64,000 bases of DNA from an uncultured Chloroflexia bacterium (GTDB lineage Bacteria; Chloroflexota; Limnocylindria; Limnocylindrales; CSP1-4), in the NCBI GenBank assembly GCA_963712745.1, contig CAVQJC010000002.1, forward strand, positions 160,001 to 224,000. The letters run 5' to 3'. Positions 1 through 10,219 of the stretch are shown piece after piece (the stretch's first letter is position 1; each line of letters opens with the position of its first letter). The notes beneath the pieces are model-generated. The model had not been told where the DNA came from, did not search any database, and worked only from the letters and a program-made list of their open reading frames with translations. Position numbers and translations under genes: made by a program.

Positions 1-1
1 C

Positions 2-1438
2 GACTCGGTCCCGCTGCTGGTGATCGCCGGTGACGTGCCCTCGTATTACGAAGGCCGCGGGCCGCACCAGGAGTTCAATCTCCGCCGCGACGCCGATCAG
101 ATCTCGATCTACGAACCGTTCGTCAAGCGCGCCTGGCGAGTCCGGCGAGCGGATCAGGTACCCCGCGTCCTGGCACGGGCCTGGGACACCGCTCTGGCCG
201 GCAGGCCCGGACCCGTCATCGTCTCCATCCCGATGGACATCCTGGGTGAGGTGCTCGACGCCGAGATCACTCCCGCTTCGCCGGTCGCCAAGCCGGCGTT
301 GAGCGGCGATACCGCCGCGGCCATCGCACAGGAGCTGCGGCAAGCCACGCGCCCGCTGCTGCTGGCGGGCGGTGGCACACGACGCGCTACGAATGAGCTC
401 CGTCGACTGGCCGAACTCAGCGGCGCGCCGGTCGCCCACACGCTGATGGGGACCGGTGTCCTGCCGCCGGACCATCCGCAGCTCGTCGGGGTGGTGGGCT
501 TCTGGGGCTCGCCTGTGGCGAACCGGCTGGCCTCCGAGGCCGACCTCATCGTGGCCATCGGAACGCGGTTCCCCGAGACGGACAGCAGCAGTTGGGAGCA
601 GGGCGTGACGTTCCGCATCCCGCCGACACGGCTGATCCATGTCGACATCGATCCGCTCGAGCCCGGCCGCAACTACCCCACGGCCATCGCCGCCACGGCC
701 GATGCGAGTCTCGCCCTCACGGCCATCAGCGATGCCTACGGCCATGCGACGGCGACCCGGGGTCATGACTGGGACACGCTGCGCGAGGAGCGTGAGGCCT
801 TCCTCGCTGCCAGCCGCGCCAACGCCAGCTCGACCGAGGTTCCGTTGCTACCAGAGCGAATCCTCGCAGACGTTCGGAAGGCCGCCCCCGACGCCATCCT
901 GGTGACGGATGTGGGGTGGAACAAGAACGGTGTCGCGCAGCAGTATCCCGTCGACACGCCGGACTCGTTCCTGACGCCGGGCGGCTTCTCGACCATGGGC
1001 TTCGGCCCGGCGGCCGTGCTTGGAGTCGCCGCCGCTGGAACCTCGCGTCCCGCCATCGCCCTGGTCGGGGACGGAGCGTTCGGGGCGAATCCGAACGTGG
1101 TGGCGACCGCGGTCGAGATGGGCATCGCCCCCATCTGGCTGGTCATGAACAACTCCGCGTTCGGGACGATCGCCGGCCTCGAGCGGAAACACTACGGTTC
1201 CGGCTACGGCTGCGAGTTCGAGTGCGCTGGTGCACCGTACTCACCGGATTTCGCGGCCATGGCTCGGGCCTGCGGCGCCGACGGCATCCGCATCGAGCGT
1301 GCGGAGCAGCTCGATCCGAGCCTGCGCGAGGCGATCGCGTCGGAGCGCCCAACACTCCTCGACGTGCCCATGCGGAACACCCCCGTCGTGACCCCTGGCG
1401 CGTGGGACATCGAGCGCATCTACCACGTGGCCCAGTGA
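2..1438 (+). CDS. Thiamine pyrophosphate-binding enzyme (acetolactate synthase-like superfamily), 5'-truncated by the window edge
   Basis: ORF is open from the window start (DSVPLLVIAG). It has GRPGPV, ADLIVAIGTRF and the TPP motif GDGAF...NNSAFG. Confidence 0.9.
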   Translation, partial: DSVPLLVIAGDVPSYYEGRGPHQEFNLRRDADQISIYEPFVKRAWRVRRADQVPRVLARAWDTALAGRPGPVIVSIPMDILGEVLDAEITPASPVAKPALSGDTAAAIAQELRQATRPLLLAGGGTRRATNELRRLAELSGAPVAHTLMGTGVLPPDHPQLVGVVGFWGSPVANRLASEADLIVAIGTRFPETDSSSWEQGVTFRIPPTRLIHVDIDPLEPGRNYPTAIAATADASLALTAISDAYGHATATRGHDWDTLREEREAFLAASRANASSTEVPLLPERILADVRKAAPDAILVTDVGWNKNGVAQQYPVDTPDSFLTPGGFSTMGFGPAAVLGVAAAGTSRPAIALVGDGAFGANPNVVATAVEMGIAPIWLVMNNSAFGTIAGLERKHYGSGYGCEFECAGAPYSPDFAAMARACGADGIRIERAEQLDPSLREAIASERPTLLDVPMRNTPVVTPGAWDIERIYHVAQ

Positions 1439-1487
1439 CGTCCGATACCGACGACTGCCACCGAATACCCGCTGCGGGAGGGCGAGG

Positions 1488-2303
1488 GTGACGAAGGTCC
1501 ACGAGGGCCAGGGAGCTGGCCAGGCATCCAGGCCCGCGGCCTGGGCTACCAGCGTGACCGCGACGACGGACAGACAGGTCTTTGTCCGGGGCACGGCCCT
1601 CGATGAAGCGATCGGCACGACATCGTTCCCCGCCATGCTCCTGAGACTCTGGCGTGGGGACGAACCGACGGAGGCCGAATCGGAGCTCATGGGTGCGTGC
1701 CTGATCGCGGCCATCGACCATGGGCCGCTCGCCCCTTCGGCCATGGTGGCCCGGACAATCGCCTCGACACACGCCACGCAGATGAGTGCCCTCGCGGGCG
1801 GCATCCTCTCGTTCGGCGAGCTGCATGGAGCTGTCGTCGGTCGAGCGATGCAGATCCTGAAGACCGTGCCGCCGGACGGCGACCTTGAACGGTGGGCAAA
1901 CGCGACATTCCAGGCGGAACGTGACGCCGGACGCCGATTGCCGGGCATCGGTCACCGCTGGCACGCCAAGGACCTTCGAGCCGAGCGACTGCTCGAGGTC
2001 GCGACGCCCCTTTCCGACGGCCGGCATGCAGCAGCAGTGCGAGCACTTGCCGACTGCGTCGGCCGTCACGCTGGCCGGACGGTGGCAGTCAACATCGACG
2101 GCGCGCTGGCCGTCGCGCTGACCGCCCTCCGGCTGAACCCAGAGTATGGCGATTTCGCGTTCGCGATCGCCCGAAGCTGTGGCCTGGCTGCCCACATCGT
2201 CGAGGAGCGGACCCGGGAACGACCGATGCGCATGATCGACCCGACCGCGGTGTCCTACGACGGTGTCCGTGTTCCAGGCCCTACGGAGGAGACCGAGACA
2301 TGA
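1488..2303 (+). CDS. Citryl-CoA lyase / short citrate synthase-family protein
   Basis: 271 aa with DHG, FGELHGA, LPGIGHR, VNIDG and ARSCGLAAH motifs of the citrate synthase fold. Confidence 0.8.
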   Translation: MTKVHEGQGAGQASRPAAWATSVTATTDRQVFVRGTALDEAIGTTSFPAMLLRLWRGDEPTEAESELMGACLIAAIDHGPLAPSAMVARTIASTHATQMSALAGGILSFGELHGAVVGRAMQILKTVPPDGDLERWANATFQAERDAGRRLPGIGHRWHAKDLRAERLLEVATPLSDGRHAAAVRALADCVGRHAGRTVAVNIDGALAVALTALRLNPEYGDFAFAIARSCGLAAHIVEERTRERPMRMIDPTAVSYDGVRVPGPTEETET

Positions 2304-2671
2304 AGGTACGACTGATCTCGCCATTCGAGGACGCCGAGCAGATCTGGATCGGACTGGATGAGCCAGGCATGCGCCGAAAGGTATTCCGGTTCGTGTCACC
2401 CGAAACCGGATCCGAGGAGTTCATGGCCGGCATCACCATCTTCGAACCGGGGGAAGCGAGCTCCTACCATGTGCACCCCGAATCAGAGGAGATCAACCTG
2501 GTCCTCGCCGGATCGGGCATCGTGGTCTCGGAAGGCGAGGAGGCTCCGTTCGGTCCGGGCCACGCGATGTGGGTCCCCAAGGGCGTGCACCACCAGCACA
2601 AGAACACGGGGAACGAACCGCTCAAGCTGCTCTGGGTCTACACGCCACAGGCCGCACTTCCGACCTCATAG
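2300..2671 (+). CDS. Cupin domain protein
   Basis: HVHPESEE...WVPKGVHH cupin motifs; ATGA overlap with the upstream gene. Confidence 0.85.
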   Translation: MKVRLISPFEDAEQIWIGLDEPGMRRKVFRFVSPETGSEEFMAGITIFEPGEASSYHVHPESEEINLVLAGSGIVVSEGEEAPFGPGHAMWVPKGVHHQHKNTGNEPLKLLWVYTPQAALPTS

Positions 2672-2871
2672 TCCTCCTCGCCACGTCGCCGCCCCCGTTT
2701 GAGCGGCGGCGGCGGCGTGGAGCGGGCACCTGATGGGCGCGTCGCTCGAGCCCAGGGACCTCTGGACCCGTCCTTCGCGGCCGAACAGGCCAGGCGCCCC
2801 CACAACGGGCGAGCGGCGTGGGGCTGGTGTTCGGACTCCCTGGTGAACGATCGACACGGAGGCAGGCATCA

Positions 2872-3813
2872 GTGACCGGCCCTGCGACGGGGATCAAGAT
2901 CGGAGTGCTCGCCTGGAACCAGTACACGGACTGGCCAAGCCTGCGCGAGCTCGGTAAGCGGGCGGACGGACTCGGCTACGACTCGCTGTGGACGTTGGAC
3001 CACCTCTACCCCATCACCGGCGGCCCCATGGGCCCGATGCTGGAGGGCCACATGATCCTCGCTGGCTGGAGTCAGCACACCACGCGCGCGACGGTCGGGC
3101 TGATGGTCGGTGCCAACACGTTCCGCAACCCGGGCCTCGTGGTCAAGATGATCACGATGCTGGATCATCTCTCCGATGGTCGCGCCGTGCTCGGACTGGG
3201 GGCCGCCTGGGACGCGACCGAGCATGAGGCCTTCGGCATCGGGTTCGGACATAGCGTCGGTGAGCGCATCGACTGGCTCGACGAGTCGGTCGAGATCATG
3301 CGGAACATGCTGCGCGGGGGCGTGGCCACGGCTCGCGGGAAGCGCTACCGGGCCCGAGACGCACGCAATGTTCCCGCGCCTATCCAGCCGCATCTGCCCG
3401 TCCTTATCGGTGGGGTGGGTGAAAGAAGGACGCTGCGGACCGTGGCCCGTTTCGCGGACGCGTGGAACGTAGCCAACGTGACGCCAGAAGAGGCTGCCGC
3501 CAAGGATGTGGTCCTGCGCCGTTGGTGTGATGAGTCTGGTCGCGACCCCGACGAGATCGAACGCACCGCCAGCCTTGGACCGATGCTCATCCGTGACAAC
3601 CCAGTGGATGCACAGCGGGCGATCGCCAGGGTTCATGTGTCCAACCCCGGGATGGATCGCAGGATCACCATCGGGTCGGTCGGTGAGATCACCGAGATCT
3701 GTGGTCGCTACGCTGCCAGGGGCTTCCGGCACCTCATCTTCCACGCACCGGCTCCGTACGACGAGGAGACCCTCATGCGCTTCGCGTTGGAGGTCAAGCC
3801 GCAGTTCGCCTGA
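2872..3813 (+). CDS. LLM-class flavin/F420-dependent oxidoreductase
   Basis: GYDSLWTLDH, LDHLSDGRAVLGLGAAW and PVLIGGVGE motifs; GTG start chosen after GGAGG. Confidence 0.85.
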   Translation: MTGPATGIKIGVLAWNQYTDWPSLRELGKRADGLGYDSLWTLDHLYPITGGPMGPMLEGHMILAGWSQHTTRATVGLMVGANTFRNPGLVVKMITMLDHLSDGRAVLGLGAAWDATEHEAFGIGFGHSVGERIDWLDESVEIMRNMLRGGVATARGKRYRARDARNVPAPIQPHLPVLIGGVGERRTLRTVARFADAWNVANVTPEEAAAKDVVLRRWCDESGRDPDEIERTASLGPMLIRDNPVDAQRAIARVHVSNPGMDRRITIGSVGEITEICGRYAARGFRHLIFHAPAPYDEETLMRFALEVKPQFA

Positions 3814-3831
3814 AGACCGTGCACGCCAGTA

Positions 3832-4000
3832 GCGGAGGGGTAGCCAGCCCAGCGTCGATCAGCGACTGGACGCGGCTCTTCTGGCAGGGCACCAGCCCGG
3901 CCACCGGTCGGCCTCGATCGCTGATGACCACGACGTCGCCCGCGGCAACCTCTGCCACGACCGACAAGGCGTTCTTCTTGAGTGCCGGTATCCCGACCTG
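3832..4000 (-). pseudogene. Phd/YefM-family antitoxin remnant (no start codon, no toxin partner)
   Basis: Manual translation gives QVGIPALKKNALSVVAEVAAGDVVVISDRGRPVAGLVPCQKSRVQSLIDAG, which fits the prevent-host-death consensus. It begins in frame right after the meaB stop. Confidence 0.7.
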
Positions 4001-4996
4001 TCAGCCCTGGATCGTCTGGAGCAATCGATCCGCGGCGGCGTAGGGGTCGAGTTCGTGGCTGGCGACCTGTTCCATGAGCGCGTCGGTCTCGGCCCGACGA
4101 GTGGGCGACCACAGGCGCTCGCGAGTGCGGTCGGCGAGGATGCCCTCCACCTGGGCCCGGGCGCGAGCGAGGCGAGCGACGTGAGCCCCGTCGGCGGCGA
4201 CGCGTGACCGATGATGCTCGTCGAGTCCGGCCAGGAGTTCCGCGACACCGCTGCCGTCGAGTCCGGAGGCGAGAAGCACCTCCGGTCGCTTGGGTCGCGG
4301 CCGGGCCCCCTCCACCTCCGGGGCGCTGACGTCGTCGCCCAGCGTGAGCATCGCGCGCAACTGTGCAGCCGCGCGGTCGGCGCCCGGTCGGTCAGCCTTG
4401 TTGACCACGACGAGGTCGGCTACCTCCAGCAGCCCGGCCTTCATGGCCTGGATCTCGTCGCCCATCTCCGGGGCCTGTACCACGACCGTGGTGTCGGCGA
4501 TGGAAGCCACCTCGACCTCGCTCTGCCCGGTGCCCACGGTCTCGATGAAGACGAGGCCGAAGCCGCAGGCGTCGAGCGCGGCGGCCGATTCAGCGGTCGT
4601 GCCGGCAAGCCCGCCGAGGTGCCCGCGCGCGGCCATCGAGCGGATGAAGACGTCGGGGTCGCCAGCGTGACCCTGCATGCGGATGCGGTCGCCGAGGATG
4701 GCACCGCCGGTCACCGGGCTCGAGGGATCGATGGCCAGCACGGCCACGGGCCGGTCGGCAGCGCGGGCCACCGCCACCAGGGCCGCCACCAGCGTGGACT
4801 TGCCCCCACCGGGCGGCCCCGTGACGCCGATCACGTGCCCGCTGCCGGCCGTGGGGTAGAGCGCACGCATGGCCTCCTCGGCCGCCGGGGTACGTGATTC
4901 GATGGCGGTCAGGAGACGCGAAAGCGCGAGTCGCGAGCCGTTGCGGGCCTCGTCAGCCAGGCGTGTACCGGTCCCGCTGCCCGCGGGCGACGTCAT
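4001..4996 (-). CDS. meaB: Methylmalonyl-CoA mutase-associated GTPase MeaB
   Basis: GVTGPPGGGKST, AIDPSSPVTGGAILGDRIRM, ETVGTGQSE and NKAD motifs. Confidence 0.93.
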   Translation of the reverse strand: MTSPAGSGTGTRLADEARNGSRLALSRLLTAIESRTPAAEEAMRALYPTAGSGHVIGVTGPPGGGKSTLVAALVAVARAADRPVAVLAIDPSSPVTGGAILGDRIRMQGHAGDPDVFIRSMAARGHLGGLAGTTAESAAALDACGFGLVFIETVGTGQSEVEVASIADTTVVVQAPEMGDEIQAMKAGLLEVADLVVVNKADRPGADRAAAQLRAMLTLGDDVSAPEVEGARPRPKRPEVLLASGLDGSGVAELLAGLDEHHRSRVAADGAHVARLARARAQVEGILADRTRERLWSPTRRAETDALMEQVASHELDPYAAADRLLQTIQG

Positions 4997-5400
4997 CAGG
5001 CGCGTGGCCGCGCGTGCTCGCGCATGAAGGCCGCGATCTCCCCGATGGCCGTGCCCGGCCCGAAGACCGCAGCCACGCCGGCCTCCTTCAGAACCGGGAT
5101 GTCTTCCTCCGGGATGATCCCGCCGGCCGTCACGAGCACGTCGGCCATGCCCTCGTCACGGAGCATCTGGCAGATCCGGGGCAGCAGGGTCAGATGCGCG
5201 CCGGAGAGGATGGAGAGCCCGACCACGTCGACATCCTCCTGCAGCGCGGCCGTGGCGACCATCTCCGGCGTCTGCCGCAGGCCGGTGTAGACCACCTCGA
5301 AGCCCTCGTCACGCAGGCCACGCGCGAGCACCTTGGCGCCCCGGTCGTGGCCGTCGAGGCCAGGCTTGGCGATGAGCACCTTCAGCGGTCGGTCGGTCAT
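4996..5400 (-). CDS. Cobalamin-binding domain protein (methylmalonyl-CoA mutase C-terminal subunit)
   Basis: [13 protein letters not shown]...GLSILSGAH...GGIIP (DxHxxG motif); TACGAT box 7 nt before the ATG. Confidence 0.92.
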   Translation of the reverse strand: MTDRPLKVLIAKPGLDGHDRGAKVLARGLRDEGFEVVYTGLRQTPEMVATAALQEDVDVVGLSILSGAHLTLLPRICQMLRDEGMADVLVTAGGIIPEEDIPVLKEAGVAAVFGPGTAIGEIAAFMREHARPRA

Positions 5401-5438
5401 GGCCGTGATCGTAACGCTCCCCGTCGCCGATGGGGCAC

Positions 5439-6974
5439 CTATTCGCCCTGCCGCAGGCTGATGCCGTAGCCGTAGTCGGTGAAGGCCACCTTGATGTCGC
5501 CACAGCCGTTCTGGGTAAGGTAGTCGACCATCGGGCCGAGACCGGCCGCCACGCCGTGGAACAGGCCCAGTGAGAGCCACAGCTGATCGCCGTCGAGCCC
5601 GGCGTAGGTCACGGCCTCGCCCATGATCCAGGGGAGCGGCGCCTGGTGGGCTCCGTAGGGCGCGGCCGCGAACTGGCCTGAGGCGACGGTGGGCGGGCGG
5701 GTCTCCTGCCCGGCGAGCACGCCAGCCGCGACTCGATGAGCGAACTCCTGGGCCGCCGCCTCGAACACGCCCGGGTCAAGCAGCTCGCCCAGCGGTTCCA
5801 GGTCCGGCCGATGCGCGAGCACCCAGTCCTCGACGAAGATGGTCAGATCCTCGCGGGCCTCCTGCGTGGCCGCGGTACCGCCGGTCCCGGCCTGCTCCAG
5901 CGCGCCCGCCAGCTCTACGTAGCGCACCGTGTCCACGATCGACTCGAACGACTCCGCGTCGAGCGTGTTGAGCAGGCGCAGGGTGCGCCGGGCACGGCGC
6001 TGGTCGGCGGTGATGCTGGGCTCCAGCCATAGCGGCTGCATGTCGTACAGCTCGGCGTTGTCGGCGAGGTCCTGGCTGAGCGTGACGAGCGCGTCCGGGT
6101 CACCCCGGCAGACCAAGTCGAAGGCGACACCCTTGTCCTCCGACCACGCGTCCTCCACGATGACCATCTCCGCCGTCTCGGCCAGTGCCAGCGCCAGTGG
6201 CGAGTGGTGCCTGGGGCCCTCCGACAGCTTGGCGCCGGGATCCTGTTCGGCCAGATAGGCGAGTTCGCTGACGATGAGCCAGCGGTCCACGACCTGCACG
6301 AAGGGGGTGATGGAGGCCTCGCTCCCGAGCCAGTCGAAGAAACCGAAGCCATCGTAGCCGGCCTCGGTCAGCCATTCGACTTCGGCCTCGGGGTCGCCGA
6401 TGGCTCCGGCCAGCGCCTCGGCCACGGCCAGCGCCTCTGCGTGCGAGGGGTACTGCGCCAGCAGTGAGAGACGGCGCTGGTCCGGGTCGAGTGCGGAAGC
6501 GGCCGGGGCCTCGGACGAGTAGCGCAGCGCCGGGTCAAGGGGCAGCTCTGGCGGTCCGTCCCACCACCAGGGCCCGCCCTCGCCTTCGGGCACGATCGGG
6601 AGCCCCGTTGCGGGGTCGATGGCGTAGCCGGCCACCTCGGCCGGTGGCGACGGGCTGGGGGTCGGGGACGGAGTGGGCTCGGGCGTCGGCGATGGGGTCG
6701 GAGTGGGCTCGGGCGTCGGCGATGGGGTCGGAGTGGGGGTCGGCTCCGGGGTGGGCGACGGGCTGGGGCTGGGCGTCGGAGTCGGTGCCGGGGTCGGGCT
6801 GGGCGTCGGGGTCGGTGCCGGGGTCGCGGTGGGGGTGGGTTCCGGCGAGGGGCTGGGGCTGGGTGCCTGGCCCGCGCAGGCGCTGACAGTGAGGACGGTG
6901 GCCATCGCCACGGCCGACCATGACGAGGCGGTCCGAAGCCGGCTTCGGCTTCGGAGCGGTGGGGTCGTGGTCAT
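5439..6974 (-). CDS. Putative lipoprotein with long Pro/Thr/Ser linker and acidic C-terminal domain of unknown function
   Basis: Signal peptide with lipobox LTVSAC followed by about 70 aa of PT/PS/PE repeats. Confidence 0.7.
   Translation of the reverse strand: MTTTPPLRSRSRLRTASSWSAVAMATVLTVSACAGQAPSPSPSPEPTPTATPAPTPTPSPTPAPTPTPSPSPSPTPEPTPTPTPSPTPEPTPTPSPTPEPTPSPTPSPSPPAEVAGYAIDPATGLPIVPEGEGGPWWWDGPPELPLDPALRYSSEAPAASALDPDQRRLSLLAQYPSHAEALAVAEALAGAIGDPEAEVEWLTEAGYDGFGFFDWLGSEASITPFVQVVDRWLIVSELAYLAEQDPGAKLSEGPRHHSPLALALAETAEMVIVEDAWSEDKGVAFDLVCRGDPDALVTLSQDLADNAELYDMQPLWLEPSITADQRRARRTLRLLNTLDAESFESIVDTVRYVELAGALEQAGTGGTAATQEAREDLTIFVEDWVLAHRPDLEPLGELLDPGVFEAAAQEFAHRVAAGVLAGQETRPPTVASGQFAAAPYGAHQAPLPWIMGEAVTYAGLDGDQLWLSLGLFHGVAAGLGPMVDYLTQNGCGDIKVAFTDYGYGISLRQGE
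6650..6865 (-). repeat. Coding low-complexity tandem repeat (PTPSPTPE-like units)
   Basis: Includes repeated 30-bp units such as gggtcggagtgggctcgggcgtcggcgatg. Confidence 0.85.
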
Positions 6975-6997
6975 CGCAGGCTCTCCTCTCACCGCAA

Positions 6998-7573
6998 CTA
7001 GGGCGCGCTACCCGACGGGCGCGCCAGGTGACTGAAGAACTCCGCGCGGGTCTTGTCACTGCTGCGGAACAGCCCGAGCACGGCCGAGGTCGTCATCACC
7101 ATGCCCGGCTTGCGCACGCCGCGCATGCTGGCGCAGAGGTGAGTAGCTTCGACCACCACGCCCACGCCCTTGGGTGAGAGCTGGTCCATGAGGAAGTCGG
7201 CGACCTGCTGCGTGAGCCGCTCCTGTATCTGCAGCCGACGGGCGTACATGTCCACCACGCGCGGGATCTTGGACAGACCGATGACCCGGTGGTCGGGGAT
7301 GTAGGCGACCGCCGCGGAGCCGGCGAAGGGCAGCAGGTGATGCTCGCACAGCGAGTGGAAGGGGATGTCCTTGACCACCACCATCTCCGAGTAGTCCACC
7401 TCGAAGACCGCGTCGTTGAGCACCTCACGCGGATCCATGGCGTAGCCGGCCGTGAGCTCCAAGTAGAGACGCTCGATGCGGGCGGGCGTCTCGGCGAGGC
7501 CGGAACGGTCCGGATCCTCGCCGATCTCGGACAGGATCGTGCGGACCGCGTCCTCGATGGGGCTGGCGCTCAC
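6998..7573 (-). CDS. folE: GTP cyclohydrolase I
   Basis: [27 protein letters not shown] and HLCASMRGV motifs. Confidence 0.96.
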   Translation of the reverse strand: MSASPIEDAVRTILSEIGEDPDRSGLAETPARIERLYLELTAGYAMDPREVLNDAVFEVDYSEMVVVKDIPFHSLCEHHLLPFAGSAAVAYIPDHRVIGLSKIPRVVDMYARRLQIQERLTQQVADFLMDQLSPKGVGVVVEATHLCASMRGVRKPGMVMTTSAVLGLFRSSDKTRAEFFSHLARPSGSAP

Positions 7574-7577
7574 GCGG

Positions 7578-7778
7578 CTACTTGGGCGTCGACGCGGCGT
7601 CGTCGTCCGTCTTCTCGGTCGGCGGCTCAGCCGTATCGCGGTCCATCGTGTCGCGCGCGCCCTTGACGGCCTTGCCCAGCGCTTCCCCGAACTGGGGCAG
7701 CATCGATGGGCCGCGCCAGACCAGGACGACGATGAGGACGACGATGAGGACGAGCAGGATATCCACGATGGCGCACAT
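7578..7778 (-). CDS. tatA: Twin-arginine translocase TatA/TatE-family subunit
   Basis: Short TM helix, then [18 protein letters not shown] amphipathic helix and a charged tail. Start codon uncertain. Confidence 0.7.
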   Translation of the reverse strand: MCAIVDILLVLIVVLIVVLVWRGPSMLPQFGEALGKAVKGARDTMDRDTAEPPTEKTDDDAASTPK

Positions 7779-7841
7779 GGTACCCCTGCGGCCGCATCGA
7801 CCCGTGAGTCACGGGGTCGGGCTCTGCGCCCCAGGCGCCGA

Positions 7842-8783
7842 TCAGGCGCCGATCAGGTCCCGGATCTCGGCTGTGACCTCGTCGGGTCGATAGCGCATGA
7901 GGTCGTGGCCGGCGCTGTCGAAGACTCGCACGCGCATGGGCTCGAGGCCGGCCTCGGCGCGGGCTCGCTGGGCGTCGTCGATGGCCAGCCGCCGTTCACG
8001 CTCGTCTTCATCGTCGGCGGTGCCGGGGCCGGCCACCAGGATGGAGATCGGACAGCGAAGCTCGGGCAGGGCGTCCAGCGGGGCGTAGCCGTACATCGCC
8101 GCGACGCAGCGGCGGATGACCGAGCCCTTGGCCACGAGACCCACGTGTCCGGCATGCCGCTCGGTCACCTGCGCCCGGGCAGCGGCCTCCTGGTCGGCGT
8201 CCCAGCTGGCCGGATCGAAGTCGCGACGGTCGGCCAGGTACGTGTCCATGGATGCCAGCACCTCCGGCGGCTCGGCCATGGCCTCTACCAGCTGGTCGGG
8301 CAGCAGGCGCGTGGCCTCGACCATCTCCTCCCAGCCTCCGTCGAGCAGGGCCAGGGCAGCGACCGAAGCTGGCTGCTGCCGTGCCATCTCGACCGCGATC
8401 ATCGCGCCCAGGCCGTGTCCGGAGACCAGCACCGGCGGACCATCGACAGCCTCGCCCCAGCCAGCCCCGGCTACGACGGTCAGGACGTCGAGAGCGAGCC
8501 CCTCGAGGTCGTAGCCGGTCAGTGGTGCGTCCGACGCACCGTGCCCGCGCAGGTCCGGGGCAACGACAGCGTTGGTGCTAGCCAGGCGGCGGCCGATGGG
8601 CAGCCAGGTCCAGGCGGTACGGGTCAGCCCGTGCACGAGCACGACCGGCGGGCTCGCAGGCGTAGTCGGGTTCGCGGCCGGCCCGGCCCAGGCCAGGTAG
8701 TGGATGCGCTCGCCCGACTGCAGCTGCACGATCATCGACTCGGGATCGGGGCCGGGATGGCGCTCGGGACCAGGAGGGCTCAC
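7842..8783 (-). CDS. Alpha/beta fold hydrolase
   Basis: [13 protein letters not shown] and AGHDL motifs. The nucleophile elbow reads GHGLG, not GHSLG. TATGCT lies 6 nt before the GTG. Confidence 0.85.
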   Translation of the reverse strand: MSPPGPERHPGPDPESMIVQLQSGERIHYLAWAGPAANPTTPASPPVVLVHGLTRTAWTWLPIGRRLASTNAVVAPDLRGHGASDAPLTGYDLEGLALDVLTVVAGAGWGEAVDGPPVLVSGHGLGAMIAVEMARQQPASVAALALLDGGWEEMVEATRLLPDQLVEAMAEPPEVLASMDTYLADRRDFDPASWDADQEAAARAQVTERHAGHVGLVAKGSVIRRCVAAMYGYAPLDALPELRCPISILVAGPGTADDEDERERRLAIDDAQRARAEAGLEPMRVRVFDSAGHDLMRYRPDEVTAEIRDLIGA

Positions 8784-8825
8784 ACCCAGAGCATACGGTC
8801 GGGCGCTCCGTGCCATCCTCTGGCC

Positions 8826-9254
8826 ATGCCCCTGAAGCGCCGCGGCCAGCTGGCCCGAGCTCATCCCGACCGCCGGCTGGCCCGCCAGGCCCGTCGACAC
8901 GTGCCCTTCGAGACGCTCGTCGAGCGGGCGCTGGACAGCCTGCCCGAGGACTTCGCGCGGCTGCTCGAGGACGTGGCCATCGTCATCGAGGACTCACCGA
9001 CCCCGGAACAGGCGAGCCTGGGCGGCGCCGAGGACGGCTGGCTGTATGGCCTCTACGAGGGCGTGCCGGCCGTCGAGTGGGGTGCCGACTACGTAGCCTT
9101 GCCCAACAAGATCACGCTCTTCCAGCGTCCGCTGGAAGCGGACTTCCCCGATCGGGTCGAGCTCGAGGAAGAGGTGCGCATCACGGTCATCCATGAGCTG
9201 GCCCACCACGCGGGCATCGACGACGACCGCCTCCACGAGCTCGACCTCGACTGA
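8826..9254 (+). CDS. Zincin-like metallopeptidase family protein (DUF1025-like)
   Basis: LYGLYEGVP...PNKITLFQRPL...TVIHELAHHAGIDD with HExxH. Confidence 0.85.
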   Translation: MPLKRRGQLARAHPDRRLARQARRHVPFETLVERALDSLPEDFARLLEDVAIVIEDSPTPEQASLGGAEDGWLYGLYEGVPAVEWGADYVALPNKITLFQRPLEADFPDRVELEEEVRITVIHELAHHAGIDDDRLHELDLD

Positions 9255-9316
9255 CCGGCGCGATGGGCGCGCGGACAGTTCCAGGGCGCGGCCGTCACAC
9301 GATCGTCACGAAGCTA

Positions 9317-9334
9317 TTTGCGTACTTGCGCAAA
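9317..9334. promoter_or_regulatory. Inverted repeat, likely ArsR/SmtB operator
   Basis: TTTGCG-tacttg-CGCAAA just upstream of the ArsR gene. Confidence 0.55.
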
Positions 9335-9353
9335 CGATGAGAACATGTGGCTC

Positions 9354-9683
9354 ATGACGACAGCAGCCGGGCCCGACACCGTCCCCCTGGACGGAGCCGA
9401 GCCCACCACCGACGCCGAACGCCAGCGGTATGCGGCCATCAGCCGCGCCCTGGCCGACGCCAAGCGGCTGTGCGTGCTGGAGTGCCTCTCATACGGCGAA
9501 CGCTCTGTGAGCGATCTCTCGAGAGAGGCCAGCTGCCAGGTCCCCAACATGAGCCAGCATCTCGCCGTCCTGCGTGCGGCGGGGCTGGTGGTCTCGCGGC
9601 GGGAAGGCAACACCGTCCTCTATCGCCTCAGCGATCCCAGGATCCTGGAGGCGTATCGATTGATCAAGTCCGTAGCCGACTAG
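9354..9683 (+). CDS. ArsR/SmtB-family transcriptional regulator
   Basis: ALADAKRL...SVSDL...SQHLAVLRAAGLVVSRREG..VLYRL. Start could also be 9345. Confidence 0.88.
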   Translation: MTTAAGPDTVPLDGAEPTTDAERQRYAAISRALADAKRLCVLECLSYGERSVSDLSREASCQVPNMSQHLAVLRAAGLVVSRREGNTVLYRLSDPRILEAYRLIKSVAD

Positions 9684-9749
9684 GGTCACGGTCTTCCGCT
9701 TCAGGCGGGAAACGGAACGCCGCCCAGAGCGGAGAAAGGAAACACTGTC

Positions 9750-10106
9750 ATGGCCATCAAGGAAGCCACCGACCAGACCTTCGAAGAGCTCGTCCTGAAG
9801 AACGACAAGCCCGTCGTCGTGGACTTCTGGGCGGTGTGGTGCGGGCCCTGCAAGCTCGTAGCACCGGAGATGGAGAAGCTCTCGGAGAAGTACGACGGCG
9901 TCGTCGACGTGGTCAAGGTCGATGTCGATGCCAACCCCGGCCTCTCGCAGGCCTACCAGATCATGAGCATCCCGACCATCGCCTACTTCAAGCCCGGCGA
10001 CCAGCCCAAGGGCGTGGTCGGCTTCCAGCCGCTGGAGCAGCTCGAGAAGAAGTTCGGTCTCGACGAGCTGGCCGCGGCCGACAGCCCGGAGGCCGCCACC
10101 GCCTAG
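9750..10106 (+). CDS. trxA: Thioredoxin
   Basis: VVDFWAVWCGPCK active site and SIPT motif. Confidence 0.95.
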   Translation: MAIKEATDQTFEELVLKNDKPVVVDFWAVWCGPCKLVAPEMEKLSEKYDGVVDVVKVDVDANPGLSQAYQIMSIPTIAYFKPGDQPKGVVGFQPLEQLEKKFGLDELAAADSPEAATA

Positions 10107-10164
10107 GCCTAGGACGACCTGGGACCGAGGCGGGCGCCCCAGGGCGCCTTGTCCAGACGCACCG

Positions 10165-10190
10165 ACGCCCCGGCAAGATCCCGGGGCGTC
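10165..10190. terminator. Stem-loop between convergent genes
   Basis: gacgccccgg-caagat-ccggggcgtc. Confidence 0.55.
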
Positions 10191-10219
10191 TTGCCGTCTG
10201 GCGCTACGTGCTCCTCGCG

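Noticed and set aside
7476-9254. 592-aa plus-strand ORF
   Set aside because: It is antisense shadow of the hydrolase and tatA genes; only 8826-9254 is a real gene.
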